Positions 9,611-18,281 of a stretch of 64,000 bases of DNA are shown in pieces. Source of the stretch: Fibrobacter sp. (GTDB lineage: Bacteria > Fibrobacterota > Fibrobacteria > Fibrobacterales > Fibrobacteraceae). Location of the stretch: assembly GCA_045597545.1 (NCBI GenBank), contig JAZLKH010000011.1, positions 1,284 through 65,283 on the forward strand. The letters are read 5' to 3'. The position numbers were made by a program, and so were the translations under genes. The notes under the pieces were generated by a model, which worked only from the letters and a program-made list of their open reading frames with translations, was not told where the DNA came from and ran no database searches. Position 1 is the stretch's first letter; each line of letters starts with the position of its first letter.

Positions 9611-10408
9611 ATGGATAGAGCTCGTCGTAGAAAATTTGGTCAGAACTTCTTGGATGTTCCCACCGCTGTTGCTATTGCAGGGGACTTGCCTGCCGACGCC
9701 GGCGAAGCTGTGCTGGAAATCGGTCCGGGTCACGGCGCCCTTACGGAACACCTGCTGGACCGCGGCCTGGATCTGACCGCTGTTGAAATTGACGAGCAAT
9801 GTGTGGAAGTCTTGAACGAAAAGTTCAAGGGCCGCGAGAACTTCCATATCACAAACATCGACTTTTTAAAGTTCGACTTGCAGGGATTTCTGGATTCCCA
9901 CGAAAAGCCCTGGGTCACCGGCAACTTGCCCTACAATGTCTCTACCGCAATCATCGCAGGCCTTATGCCCCGTTTGCATTTGACCAAGGGCTTTATGGGC
10001 ATGGTGCAGTTGGAAGTTGCAGAACGCATTTGCGCAGCCCCTTGCAGCAGCAATTACGGCAGCCTTTCGGTGCTAGTGAGCGCCTTTGCCGACACTCAGA
10101 TTTTGCGTAAGATCGGTCCAGAACATTTTACGCCCAAGCCCAACGTGGATAGCGCCACTATGCTCCTGACCCCACGCGAAAACCCAATGGACTTCAAGGG
10201 CGCCGATATCGAAAAATTCTTTGAATTTGTCCGTGCAGCCTTTACCCAGAAGCGCAAGACCTTGGCCAATTCCTTCGGCAAGGCCTACGACAAGAAGAAG
10301 ATCCAGGAAGCCATCGAACGTCTGGGCTACCCCGCCACCGTTCGCGCCGAGGAACTTTCCCCGGAACAGTTCCTGGACTTCTACAATATCATCGTGGCCG
10401 GAAATTAG
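9611..10408 (+). CDS. rsmA: 16S rRNA m6,2A1518/1519 dimethyltransferase
   Basis: KFGQNFL, VLEIGPGHGALT, GNLPYNVST, QLEVAERI, FTPKPNVDSA, QKRKTL, RAEELS. Confidence 0.96.
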   Translation: MDRARRRKFGQNFLDVPTAVAIAGDLPADAGEAVLEIGPGHGALTEHLLDRGLDLTAVEIDEQCVEVLNEKFKGRENFHITNIDFLKFDLQGFLDSHEKPWVTGNLPYNVSTAIIAGLMPRLHLTKGFMGMVQLEVAERICAAPCSSNYGSLSVLVSAFADTQILRKIGPEHFTPKPNVDSATMLLTPRENPMDFKGADIEKFFEFVRAAFTQKRKTLANSFGKAYDKKKIQEAIERLGYPATVRAEELSPEQFLDFYNIIVAGN

Positions 10409-10430
10409 CGACATTTTTTTCATTTTTCTT

Positions 10431-10459
10431 TTGACATTCTTCCCTTTTCTTTCGATAAG
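10431..10459 (+). promoter_or_regulatory. Putative alternative-sigma promoter TTGACA-N16-CGATAAG
   Basis: Same arrangement found at 37144-37172 and 63392-63421. Confidence 0.45.
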
Positions 10460-10607
10460 ATAAGTGGATATGACGAGTTAGAAAATACATCTTCAGATAT
10501 TTTGACTGTTTAGAAATTGATTGATGTTCAAGGATGATCCCCAACGGGGATATTGTGCCCATTTTGCACAAGTCCTGCAAAAAATCAACTTTAAAAGGAA
10601 AAGTATT

Positions 10608-10910
10608 ATGAAGAAAATGAATTCCAACTCCCGCTCCGCTTTCAACGCCCTCATTGCATCCAAGGCCAAGCTCGTACGCAGCCTGTCTTTGGTTGAGGCT
10701 CGCCTGGAAAGGCGTTATCACCTCATGACCGACAGCGAATACCAGGCTGTTTGCGCCCATATTGCGCAGCTCCAGGACCGTCTTGGCAACGTGAACGATC
10801 AGCTCATGGATTTTCAGGCTATTTTCGAAGAATTGGTAACGGCTTCCTATACCGAAATGTTTTCCGGCCGTCGCAAGGTGGTCGTCGTGGAGCCGAAAAG
10901 GGTCGCATAG
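10608..10910 (+). CDS. Small coiled-coil hypothetical protein (paralog of 63483-63761)
   Basis: AAGGAAAA RBS before ATG 10608; helical-hairpin sequence with EARLE and VNDQ motifs. Confidence 0.65.
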   Translation: MKKMNSNSRSAFNALIASKAKLVRSLSLVEARLERRYHLMTDSEYQAVCAHIAQLQDRLGNVNDQLMDFQAIFEELVTASYTEMFSGRRKVVVVEPKRVA

Positions 10911-10974
10911 TTTTCGCGGCCCAAGTCTCGCAAGGGCCACCTAACAGCAAGCGGGACATCACCATCTGCAAAAC

Positions 10975-11011
10975 AAAGCCTCTCCGTCAAATTTTTGCGG
11001 AGAGGCATTTT
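10975..11011 (+). terminator. Intrinsic terminator
   Basis: GCCTCTCCG..CGGAGAGGC followed by T-tract. Confidence 0.65.
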
Positions 11012-11128
11012 CTTTTATACAAAAAAGAGGCCCTTAACGATACAATAGGTAAGGGGCGACAAAAAAATCCAATACCACTTTTTGACATAAGTTTGCACTT
11101 ATATCAAAATAAACCCTAGAGGAACTCC

Positions 11129-11752
11129 ATGGAATTTGTAGTTGACATCATCATTGTTCTTCTCGCCATTGGCGTTGTCGCAGGGGTAGTAGCACTTTTC
11201 ATCACCATTCTTCCCTACCTTTTGGGAGGCGCAGCCATTATCGGCTGCATTCTGCTTGTAGCTGCGATCATCTCCGATCCGGCCGACAAGGACAGCCACA
11301 TTGACTACAATCAGACTGTAAGCCATAGCCACACCCAGCGAAATTCATTCAACGGGTATCACGATTCCGCCGAGGAAGCGTTCCACGAGTTGGCAGTCGC
11401 CATGGTGCAGATTAAATCTGCAGCAGTCAACCTGAGCAATCTGCGACCGGAAATGGATTCCGCCCTGGTCGTTGCCGCCAACATTTCCCGAGAAATGTTC
11501 GGAAGCGACTACATCATCACAGTCACCAGCGGCAACGATTCCGATGAGCATTGCCAAAATTCCGCACATTACAGCGGCGCGGCAGTTGACCTGCGTACCA
11601 AGGACATCAGCAACACCGCTATGCGTCGCGACTTTGCCGAACGCCTGCAAGAATCTCTGGGCAACCGCTTCAAGGTTCTGTTTGAATCCCAGGGGCAGGC
11701 CAACGAGCATCTGCACGTACAACTGAACAGTCACCATTTCGCGGCAAGATAA
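11129..11752 (+). CDS. Membrane-anchored M15-type (LAS/Hedgehog-DD-peptidase fold) zinc peptidase, probable peptidoglycan hydrolase
   Basis: Two N-terminal TM segments; VTSG..., SAHYSGAAVDLR (H-x6-D) and EHLHVQ (HxH). Confidence 0.72.
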   Translation: MEFVVDIIIVLLAIGVVAGVVALFITILPYLLGGAAIIGCILLVAAIISDPADKDSHIDYNQTVSHSHTQRNSFNGYHDSAEEAFHELAVAMVQIKSAAVNLSNLRPEMDSALVVAANISREMFGSDYIITVTSGNDSDEHCQNSAHYSGAAVDLRTKDISNTAMRRDFAERLQESLGNRFKVLFESQGQANEHLHVQLNSHHFAAR

Positions 11753-11781
11753 ACGAATACGTATCCACCCAGGATTTCTCC

Positions 11782-12066
11782 ATGACAAAATTATCCGCAT
11801 TTCTTTTCGCAACGATCTTACTTCTCTGTTCCTGCGACATTGAAAATATGAAGCAGGATATCAAAAGCTCCCTTCACAAGGAAATCACCATCTACATGCC
11901 CAGCGGGGAAGTTTCCTGCACAGGGTACGTGCTGCCGGGCGCGGAATTTGGGTACGCAGCTGGAGACATCATGATCAAGAGTGAAGCCGGTGTTCACAAA
12001 ATAAAGTGCGACGACGGGCGAACCTTTACCGTAAACGGAAACTTTTCTACCAGGGACATCCCCTAG
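11782..12066 (+). CDS. Small lipoprotein
   Basis: MTKLSAFLFATILLLCSC lipobox. Confidence 0.6.
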   Translation: MTKLSAFLFATILLLCSCDIENMKQDIKSSLHKEITIYMPSGEVSCTGYVLPGAEFGYAAGDIMIKSEAGVHKIKCDDGRTFTVNGNFSTRDIP

Positions 12067-12096
12067 TTTATTAACTTTTTCCATGTGAAAGAGAAA

Positions 12097-12828
12097 ATGA
12101 ACAATTCAGCGACTGGTCCATCCGTACGAACTTGCCCGAAAAATTCTGCCGACGCATCTGTGCGCATTCGCCTAGCAACCCCCGCCGATGCCACGGAGCT
12201 AGTAGCAATCTACAAGCCATACGTGGAGACCACCGCCATCACCTTCGAGTACGACGTTCCAAGCGTCGAGGAATTTGAAGGTCGCATTCGTAAGACTTTG
12301 CTGCGGTATCCGTATCTGGTAATCGAAAGCGACGACAATAGTCACGATGAAAAATGCGACGGCAGCCCGCGCAGCCTTCGCCGAGAAGATATCCGCAACG
12401 ACGACCGCTGTCGAAAAAACAGTAGCGATTGTGGCAAGAACCGCGCCGAAATCCTCGGGTACTGTTACGCCGGAGTTTTCAAGGGCCGCCCCGCCTACGA
12501 CTGGGCCGTAGAAACTTCCATCTACATCCGAGAAGACGCCCATGGCCGCGGCCTTGGACGTATGCTCTACGAAGCTTTAGAGCGCAAGCTTTCACAGCAG
12601 AACGTATTGAACATGAACGCCTGTATTGCATGCCCCAAACCGGGCTGCACCCACCTGGATAACAGCAGCATCCTCTTCCACGAAAGGATGGGCTTTAAGC
12701 TGGTGGGCACATTCCACGACTGCGGCTACAAGTTTTCGCAGTGGCACGACATGGTGTGGATGGAAAAAATGCTGGGCGCGCACACACCCAGCACAAGACC
12801 GTTTATACCTTTTTCCCAGCTGCCTTGA
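12097..12828 (+). CDS. GNAT acetyltransferase, phosphinothricin/YncA-like
   Basis: IYKPYVETTAITFEYDVP, AYDWAVETSIY, HGRGLGRMLY, SILFHERMGF, GYKFSQWHDMVWMEK. Confidence 0.88.
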   Translation: MNNSATGPSVRTCPKNSADASVRIRLATPADATELVAIYKPYVETTAITFEYDVPSVEEFEGRIRKTLLRYPYLVIESDDNSHDEKCDGSPRSLRREDIRNDDRCRKNSSDCGKNRAEILGYCYAGVFKGRPAYDWAVETSIYIREDAHGRGLGRMLYEALERKLSQQNVLNMNACIACPKPGCTHLDNSSILFHERMGFKLVGTFHDCGYKFSQWHDMVWMEKMLGAHTPSTRPFIPFSQLP

Positions 12829-12847
12829 GGGCGAGGGCCTTTAAGTT

Positions 12848-13792
12848 TTATTTTTCCTTTTGAGCCCGAGCAGTCTCAGGAGTAGGCTTCGTGTCTTTGA
12901 GGAGGCGGTCGGCCCATTCATCCCAGAAGCGGCAGCGTTCGCCGTCCAGTTTCATCTTGGCGAATTTCACAGGTTCCGTCTCGACGGCAAGCGTTACCAC
13001 GGATTCCTTGTAGGCCTGGGGAAGGCCCGTCACATGGGCCATGCGCTGCTTGAGTTCCGCGGCGGTGGCGTCGAGGATGTCCACTTCGAAGCGGCGCTGG
13101 ATGTAGCGACGGGTAATGAAACCCATGGACATGAAGTAATCGCCCTGGTTACCTTCGGCAAGGTAATTGCGGACGCGGAGTTCCTTGAGGGCAAGCACAG
13201 CCTCCTCGTAGGGCGGCAGGCGGGGAGCTTCGCCGGGCTTTGCAAATTTCTTGTGGAGGAGCCATCCCAGGAACACCAGAAGGGCGACGCCAAGGACCGC
13301 AAGTACGATGTACAGCCACTGGGGCAGGCGCGGATCAGCCACAGGGTCCTCTACGTCCAGGATGTCGGTTTCCTCGCCGGTGGTGCGGGGGGATACCTTT
13401 ACGGCCACGGGATCGGTGTTGGTCTTGACCGTGTCCTTGTCGACGATGGCCACGACCTGCTGGGGCGCGATGCCGAAGTCGCCGCTGACGAAGGTGTTCA
13501 AGGTGGCAAGCCAGGTGAACTTGGCGGTTCCCTTGGGCATGCCCTCGGTGATCTTTTCGTTCTTCATCTCCTTGACTTCAAAGCTGCCAAGGTTGCCCAC
13601 GAAGCTGGGCAGGTCCACGATGGCGTTTTCGGGGGCGGTGACGGCGATTTCGTAGTTGAACATGTCGCCGATGAACACCTGGGCGTTATCCACGTTAGCC
13701 TTGACGCTCACGTCGAAGGCAAGGGACGGCTGCGCAAAAAAACTGCACAGCGCCAAAAAAGCAAAAACCGATGCACGAGATCTCTTAATCAT
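12848..13792 (-). CDS. BatD-like/DUF4381-type membrane protein
   Basis: Signal peptide, Ig-like IGDxFxY domain, DILDVEDP, single TM helix, PPYEEA..L..L, RRYI..RF...D.T..EL helical tail. Confidence 0.6.
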   Translation of the reverse strand: MIKRSRASVFAFLALCSFFAQPSLAFDVSVKANVDNAQVFIGDMFNYEIAVTAPENAIVDLPSFVGNLGSFEVKEMKNEKITEGMPKGTAKFTWLATLNTFVSGDFGIAPQQVVAIVDKDTVKTNTDPVAVKVSPRTTGEETDILDVEDPVADPRLPQWLYIVLAVLGVALLVFLGWLLHKKFAKPGEAPRLPPYEEAVLALKELRVRNYLAEGNQGDYFMSMGFITRRYIQRRFEVDILDATAAELKQRMAHVTGLPQAYKESVVTLAVETEPVKFAKMKLDGERCRFWDEWADRLLKDTKPTPETARAQKEK

Positions 13793-13844
13793 ACGCAAGT
13801 CAATATACAAAAAGGCGAGAGTAGTGACCAAGCTTGCTTGGGCA

Positions 13845-14744
13845 TTACCGAGCCGCTGTATATGCGCATGAACGCAATATCGCTGCCGCACTTTTTGCAT
13901 CCTTGGAGCTCAGCGGATCCCCGGTCGACTCAAACGTCGTTATGAAGTTTCCCCCATTAAAACCCGCCTCCCTGTAGCGCTTCATCTTGTGGACTGCGCG
14001 CAAGGCGTAATCAGGATTGTCCATCATCCCGAAGTGCTCCCAGACCACGGTTCTGCGGCGACGCACGTCAAGGCAGATGAAATCAGGATGTACCACGCCC
14101 AGCCCCTTTATCTTTAAAGGAAACTCGTAGCGAAAGGGGATGCGCAGGCGCGTAAGAGTGTCAGCGATAATCACCTCTGATTTTGAACGAACCCTGAGGC
14201 CATCCGCGGAATAGAACTCCGGACTACTTTCGGCAAAGGACTTTCGCTCATAGGTCACGGCAAGCCAGCGCCGCGCAAAATCCTCGTCGGAGAGTCGAAC
14301 CGGCTGAACGATCGAGCGGCGAGTCGAATGCAGAGCTTCGTAGAATTCATCAACTTCGTAAGGGTTATAATCCGATAGGAACGCCTCTACTTGCTGCAGC
14401 TGGTTTCGCAGCATTTCAAGGACATTCGCATTGTAGTCCTTCTGCGCAAGGGCGCGGGCAACAGAGCGCTTCTTCCTAGGAATGTACTCGCCCCGAAAGT
14501 CAGCCGAGGAAAGTACCCGGAAAAATCGTGCGTAACGCCCATTCATATCGATACGTAGGCGGCCTGCAACATTCCCATAGTTCTTCGCCTGGTCCGCCTC
14601 GATGGCTTCAACCGCAGCCATCAGCTGGGATCGCCGCTCCTGCAGCGCAGGTTTCAAATTGTCCGTAGAAAGTATATCAAAAACGCCATCGGGAACGTTT
14701 TCGGAAAATAAAATAGAATCGCCCTTTTGCAAATCAGGCATCAT
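13845..14744 (-). CDS. Hypothetical protein with C-terminal PD-(D/E)xK restriction-endonuclease-like domain
   Basis: GLRVRSKSEVIIAD.L....IPFRYE...HPDF...WEHFGMMDNPDY...K...Y. Confidence 0.65.
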   Translation of the reverse strand: MMPDLQKGDSILFSENVPDGVFDILSTDNLKPALQERRSQLMAAVEAIEADQAKNYGNVAGRLRIDMNGRYARFFRVLSSADFRGEYIPRKKRSVARALAQKDYNANVLEMLRNQLQQVEAFLSDYNPYEVDEFYEALHSTRRSIVQPVRLSDEDFARRWLAVTYERKSFAESSPEFYSADGLRVRSKSEVIIADTLTRLRIPFRYEFPLKIKGLGVVHPDFICLDVRRRRTVVWEHFGMMDNPDYALRAVHKMKRYREAGFNGGNFITTFESTGDPLSSKDAKSAAAILRSCAYTAAR

Positions 14745-14919
14745 TCACTCCTTAAAAAAATGTGTGATATAAAAAACCGGATATACAAAAGACGATGAAA
14801 ATCGTTCGTCCCAAATCTTATTAAATATTTGCCTTTTGTCAATAGATTTTGGAGCGGTGTAATTGTATTCGCGGTAGGTGGAGGACACGGCCAAGGATTG
14901 GGCCGGGAATGAGCGGGGA

Positions 14920-15196
14920 TTGTAGGCAAAATTGAAATCCGGCTTGGGTAAATCCGGCACATTTGTAGGCCAAACCACAGAACAACCAGAGTTTAGCCTA
15001 CAAAATTCAGAATAAACTAACAAGCAGAGCGACTTGCCGAAGGATTTTTTGTGGGCTAAAACGGATGAATCACAACATTTGGCCTACAAAACCACGACAC
15101 AACAGCTCAAAGGACGAATTTCACGACAAATTTTTGTAGGCCAAACCGACAATCCACCACACACTAGCCTACAAAAAAGACGAATCGGCCTACAAA
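14920..15196. repeat. Array of three 43-bp palindromes (TTTGTAGGCYAAA-N17-TTTRGCCTACAAA) plus two half-sites
   Basis: Units at 14962-15004, 15048-15090 and 15133-15175; half-sites at about 14920 and 15187. Confidence 0.8.
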
Positions 15197-15287
15197 ACGG
15201 CGAACCGGCAGAAGAAAGGCGCAAAAAATTCAAACAGGAAACGCAGCCATTTGCCACAGCAGCTTGCCCGCGGCAGCGGACAGAGAC

Positions 15288-15845
15288 TCACTTCCCAAGC
15301 AGCTTTCCGCGGCGTAATGCAGCCGTAGGATGTTCGCGGTACACAAGGGCGAACAGCGGAGTGTAGGGAATCTCGGAGGCGACGAGGGCGCGCATGGCCT
15401 CCTTGGTCTTCTGGCGGCCCAGCTGCCTATAGGCATAGGCGTCGGCCTCGTATTCCTGCCCCCAGCAGTACCAGTGGAACAACAGGCGGCAAGGGGCCGC
15501 GACCAGGTGCAACCACAGCACAGCCACAACCAGCGGCGTTCCGCAGCGGCCGATCATGAACATGAAGAATCCCACCGCAAGCATCACGGCGACGACCTTT
15601 ACGAGATTTCGAAGTACGGAGTGGCGCGCATCCACATGGCCGCGCTCATGCTCCTTTGTGAACGCGTCTTCTGCAGTTTCCCGGAGGGTTTCCGGCAGCG
15701 GCACGATGTCGTTTACCAGGGGAATCAGGCGCAGCACCGAAAAGGCGCCACCCTTAAGCTGCGTGGCGCGGCGCTCTCTGATTTCCAGGAGCAGGCGCAG
15801 CACAACCTCTACGGCAAGCAGAATGTAAAGGGTTACGTCAAGCAT
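15288..15845 (-). CDS. M48/M56-like membrane zinc metalloprotease
   Basis: HERGH (HExxH), TM helices, QEYEADAYA, EHPTAALR. Confidence 0.72.
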   Translation of the reverse strand: MLDVTLYILLAVEVVLRLLLEIRERRATQLKGGAFSVLRLIPLVNDIVPLPETLRETAEDAFTKEHERGHVDARHSVLRNLVKVVAVMLAVGFFMFMIGRCGTPLVVAVLWLHLVAAPCRLLFHWYCWGQEYEADAYAYRQLGRQKTKEAMRALVASEIPYTPLFALVYREHPTAALRRGKLLGK

Positions 15846-15905
15846 TTCGCAGCAATCCCCGTTCAAATCAATTCAAGGACAATCTCCGTTTGACGGCTCA
15901 GGCAT

Positions 15906-17780
15906 CTAGCCGCCAACCACCTTCGCAATGGAACCAAGACGACGCAACTTTTCCTCGACGCGGTTCTTTTCCCATTCGGTAAAGCCCTTGTCTACGGGAT
16001 GGGCATCGTCGTAGTCGTCAAAGATTTCGCGGCCCCGTTCGTTGTCCTTGTCAAGACCATGGGAAACCCGTTCGAACCATTCCTTTTCCAGCTGGCGATA
16101 ACGCTTCAGCAGCTCCTCGAAGGTTTCGGGCAACGGGACCACGCGAACGATATCCTTGTTGGCATCGGTGGTGATTAGTCGACGCAGTTCCTTTACAGGC
16201 TGATTCTGCAGGCTGTTGTCGTTTACAACCAGGGTAATGAGCGATTCCAGCACATAGCGTTCCAGGTACTCGGCGTAGGTATGCAGAGCCTGCTGGCGAA
16301 TACGCTCGCGCAAGAAGTTTTCGCCAACGCCGTCGATGTGTTCCTTGGTGTAGATATCGCGGATGGTGGCCACCTGCAAGCGGCAGTAGGCATCGTAAAC
16401 GTAGCGCACCGTCTCGGCATTGAAAATGCTGCAGAAGGATGCCGTCACCGCGCCCTTGCCGCGAATGGAATACTTGTAGGCATTGCGATCCAAGGCGTAG
16501 GCATTGCGGGCGTAATTCCAGCCCGGCACGATTTCGTTCAAGCGAGCGGGAACACCGTTCAGCTGGGGATCCCCGGGTCGAATCAGGGAGAAGGGGAACT
16601 TCACTCGCTGGGGCAACGTGGTCACACCGCTTGCAATCAGGGTGAAAGGCGATTCGCGATAGTTGGCCGGGAACTTGATGTTCACGCCCAGACCAAAGAA
16701 CATCCCCTGTCCCGGCATCACTTCCTGGTCGGGCATGCGACCTGTATGGTTACTGCCCACGTTGGCGCCATAGCCCAGGTTGCCGCAGCCCTCGGGCCAC
16801 AAGGCGGCAATCAGCAGGGAATGGTGATGCATCTGGGTCATGGGGCCCATATAGGAACTGTTGACCTCGCCCTCTTCGATATGGCAGCAGGGAGCGATAA
16901 TCGACGACTTCACGATGGCCTTGCAGGCCACCTTGGTGCGGCTCATGAGCACAGACCCCTGCACCTCGGCGCCCGTATGCACGGTAACGCCCATCTGCAC
17001 GTTGGAATTCTCCAGGATCACGGAATCGTAGATATGGCTGGAGGCCTCAAGGGAACTGAGAATAACGGAATTGCGAATCTTGGATGCGCCCTCGACACGG
17101 GCATGGGCGCCAATCCAGCTGTTGCGAATGATGTTCGTATTGGAAACCACGGCACCCTTTCCCACCACGCCAAAGGGGAGCGCGGTCTCCTCGCGATAAG
17201 CCTGCAGCTGTTCAGCGAAGGACTTTACAACCTCGGCGTCGGCCTTGTGGAAAAGCTGGGCCTCCACCAGTTCCATGGAAATTTCGGGGAACACCAGAAC
17301 GCTGCGTCCCCCCATCTCGTTGCCCACGCTCATAGAGGTGCCGATCATGTAGTTGATCTTGCCGCTGCTCACCAGGGAGCCTACGTTCTGTACCACGGCA
17401 CCCATTCGAATCAACTCGTTAGACAGCATGGCCACGCGATAGACAAGGGCGTTCTCTATGATGCAGTTGTGAACCAGGCTATCGTAGATTCCCGTAGGGT
17501 AAGAAATATCGCCCGGCAAGAGCAACGTGCCAAAGAAGCGGGGCAGGAACACGTCGCCCACAAAGGTGGAGCGATGAATGCGGGTGGGGTCAAAATCCTG
17601 CTCAACCAGAACCTTGGACCAGGCCTCCGAACGGTTGCCGTTCTGGACCAGAACCTGGATTTCCATTTCGGTCAATGGGCGATACTTGGAAGTCGCCGCC
17701 CTGATTGCCTTGAAATTTTCCACGGCGGCGGCAAAAACACTGTTCTTAAGGACTTTTTTAAGCTTGATCAATCGCTGCAT
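15906..17780 (-). CDS. DUF4954-family left-handed beta-helix protein
   Basis: YRPLTEMEIQVLVQNGNRSEAW, GNEMGGRSV, hexapeptide-like repeats, MHHHSLLIAALW, GANVGSNHTGR. Confidence 0.75.
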   Translation of the reverse strand: MQRLIKLKKVLKNSVFAAAVENFKAIRAATSKYRPLTEMEIQVLVQNGNRSEAWSKVLVEQDFDPTRIHRSTFVGDVFLPRFFGTLLLPGDISYPTGIYDSLVHNCIIENALVYRVAMLSNELIRMGAVVQNVGSLVSSGKINYMIGTSMSVGNEMGGRSVLVFPEISMELVEAQLFHKADAEVVKSFAEQLQAYREETALPFGVVGKGAVVSNTNIIRNSWIGAHARVEGASKIRNSVILSSLEASSHIYDSVILENSNVQMGVTVHTGAEVQGSVLMSRTKVACKAIVKSSIIAPCCHIEEGEVNSSYMGPMTQMHHHSLLIAALWPEGCGNLGYGANVGSNHTGRMPDQEVMPGQGMFFGLGVNIKFPANYRESPFTLIASGVTTLPQRVKFPFSLIRPGDPQLNGVPARLNEIVPGWNYARNAYALDRNAYKYSIRGKGAVTASFCSIFNAETVRYVYDAYCRLQVATIRDIYTKEHIDGVGENFLRERIRQQALHTYAEYLERYVLESLITLVVNDNSLQNQPVKELRRLITTDANKDIVRVVPLPETFEELLKRYRQLEKEWFERVSHGLDKDNERGREIFDDYDDAHPVDKGFTEWEKNRVEEKLRRLGSIAKVVGG

Positions 17781-17809
17781 GGTGTAAAAATAGACTAAAT
17801 TCTACTCCG

Positions 17810-18268
17810 ATGATGAAAGAGTTGCTTTTTAATTTGATTTCTAAGCACAAATATGATATCTCCATCTACACCGAGGAGATATTCGAACGTCGTTGCCAGG
17901 AAGAAATTATCCGCAGCGACGAGGACCACAGTTCCTTTGTGTACATCGAATTTGACTTTGAAAATGTGAAGAAGCAAGTGGGTGGCGAAGAAATGGGAGC
18001 CCAGTTCTGGGAAGTCTTCCTGGCCTCGCTCCACAAGAGCAACCGCGGCTCGGACATCATCGGCTTTCTGGAAGGTGGCTCCGGCCTGGGCATGCTTTTG
18101 CTGGACTCCAAGATCGAAGGCTGGAACCGAGTGAAGGGCCGCATCCAGCAAATGGCCATCAGCCTGAATTTTGAATCGGCAAACATGGTTCTCAACGACC
18201 TGGTACGCCCCATTGTATACCCAGCCTGTATCCAGGACGTTCCCACTCAGGAAACAGCCGCCAACTAA
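17810..18268 (+). CDS. Degenerate GGDEF-like domain protein
   Basis: EEIIRS...F.YIEFD...RGSDIIG...LGMLLLDS...EG..RV..RI pattern without a GG(D/E)EF motif. Confidence 0.45.
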   Translation: MMKELLFNLISKHKYDISIYTEEIFERRCQEEIIRSDEDHSSFVYIEFDFENVKKQVGGEEMGAQFWEVFLASLHKSNRGSDIIGFLEGGSGLGMLLLDSKIEGWNRVKGRIQQMAISLNFESANMVLNDLVRPIVYPACIQDVPTQETAAN

Positions 18269-18281
18269 CCTGAACTGATCC

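Noticed and set aside
14962-15175. Palindrome array as a CRISPR array
   Set aside because: Conserved parts are short alternating inverted arms, not identical direct repeats, and no cas genes are present
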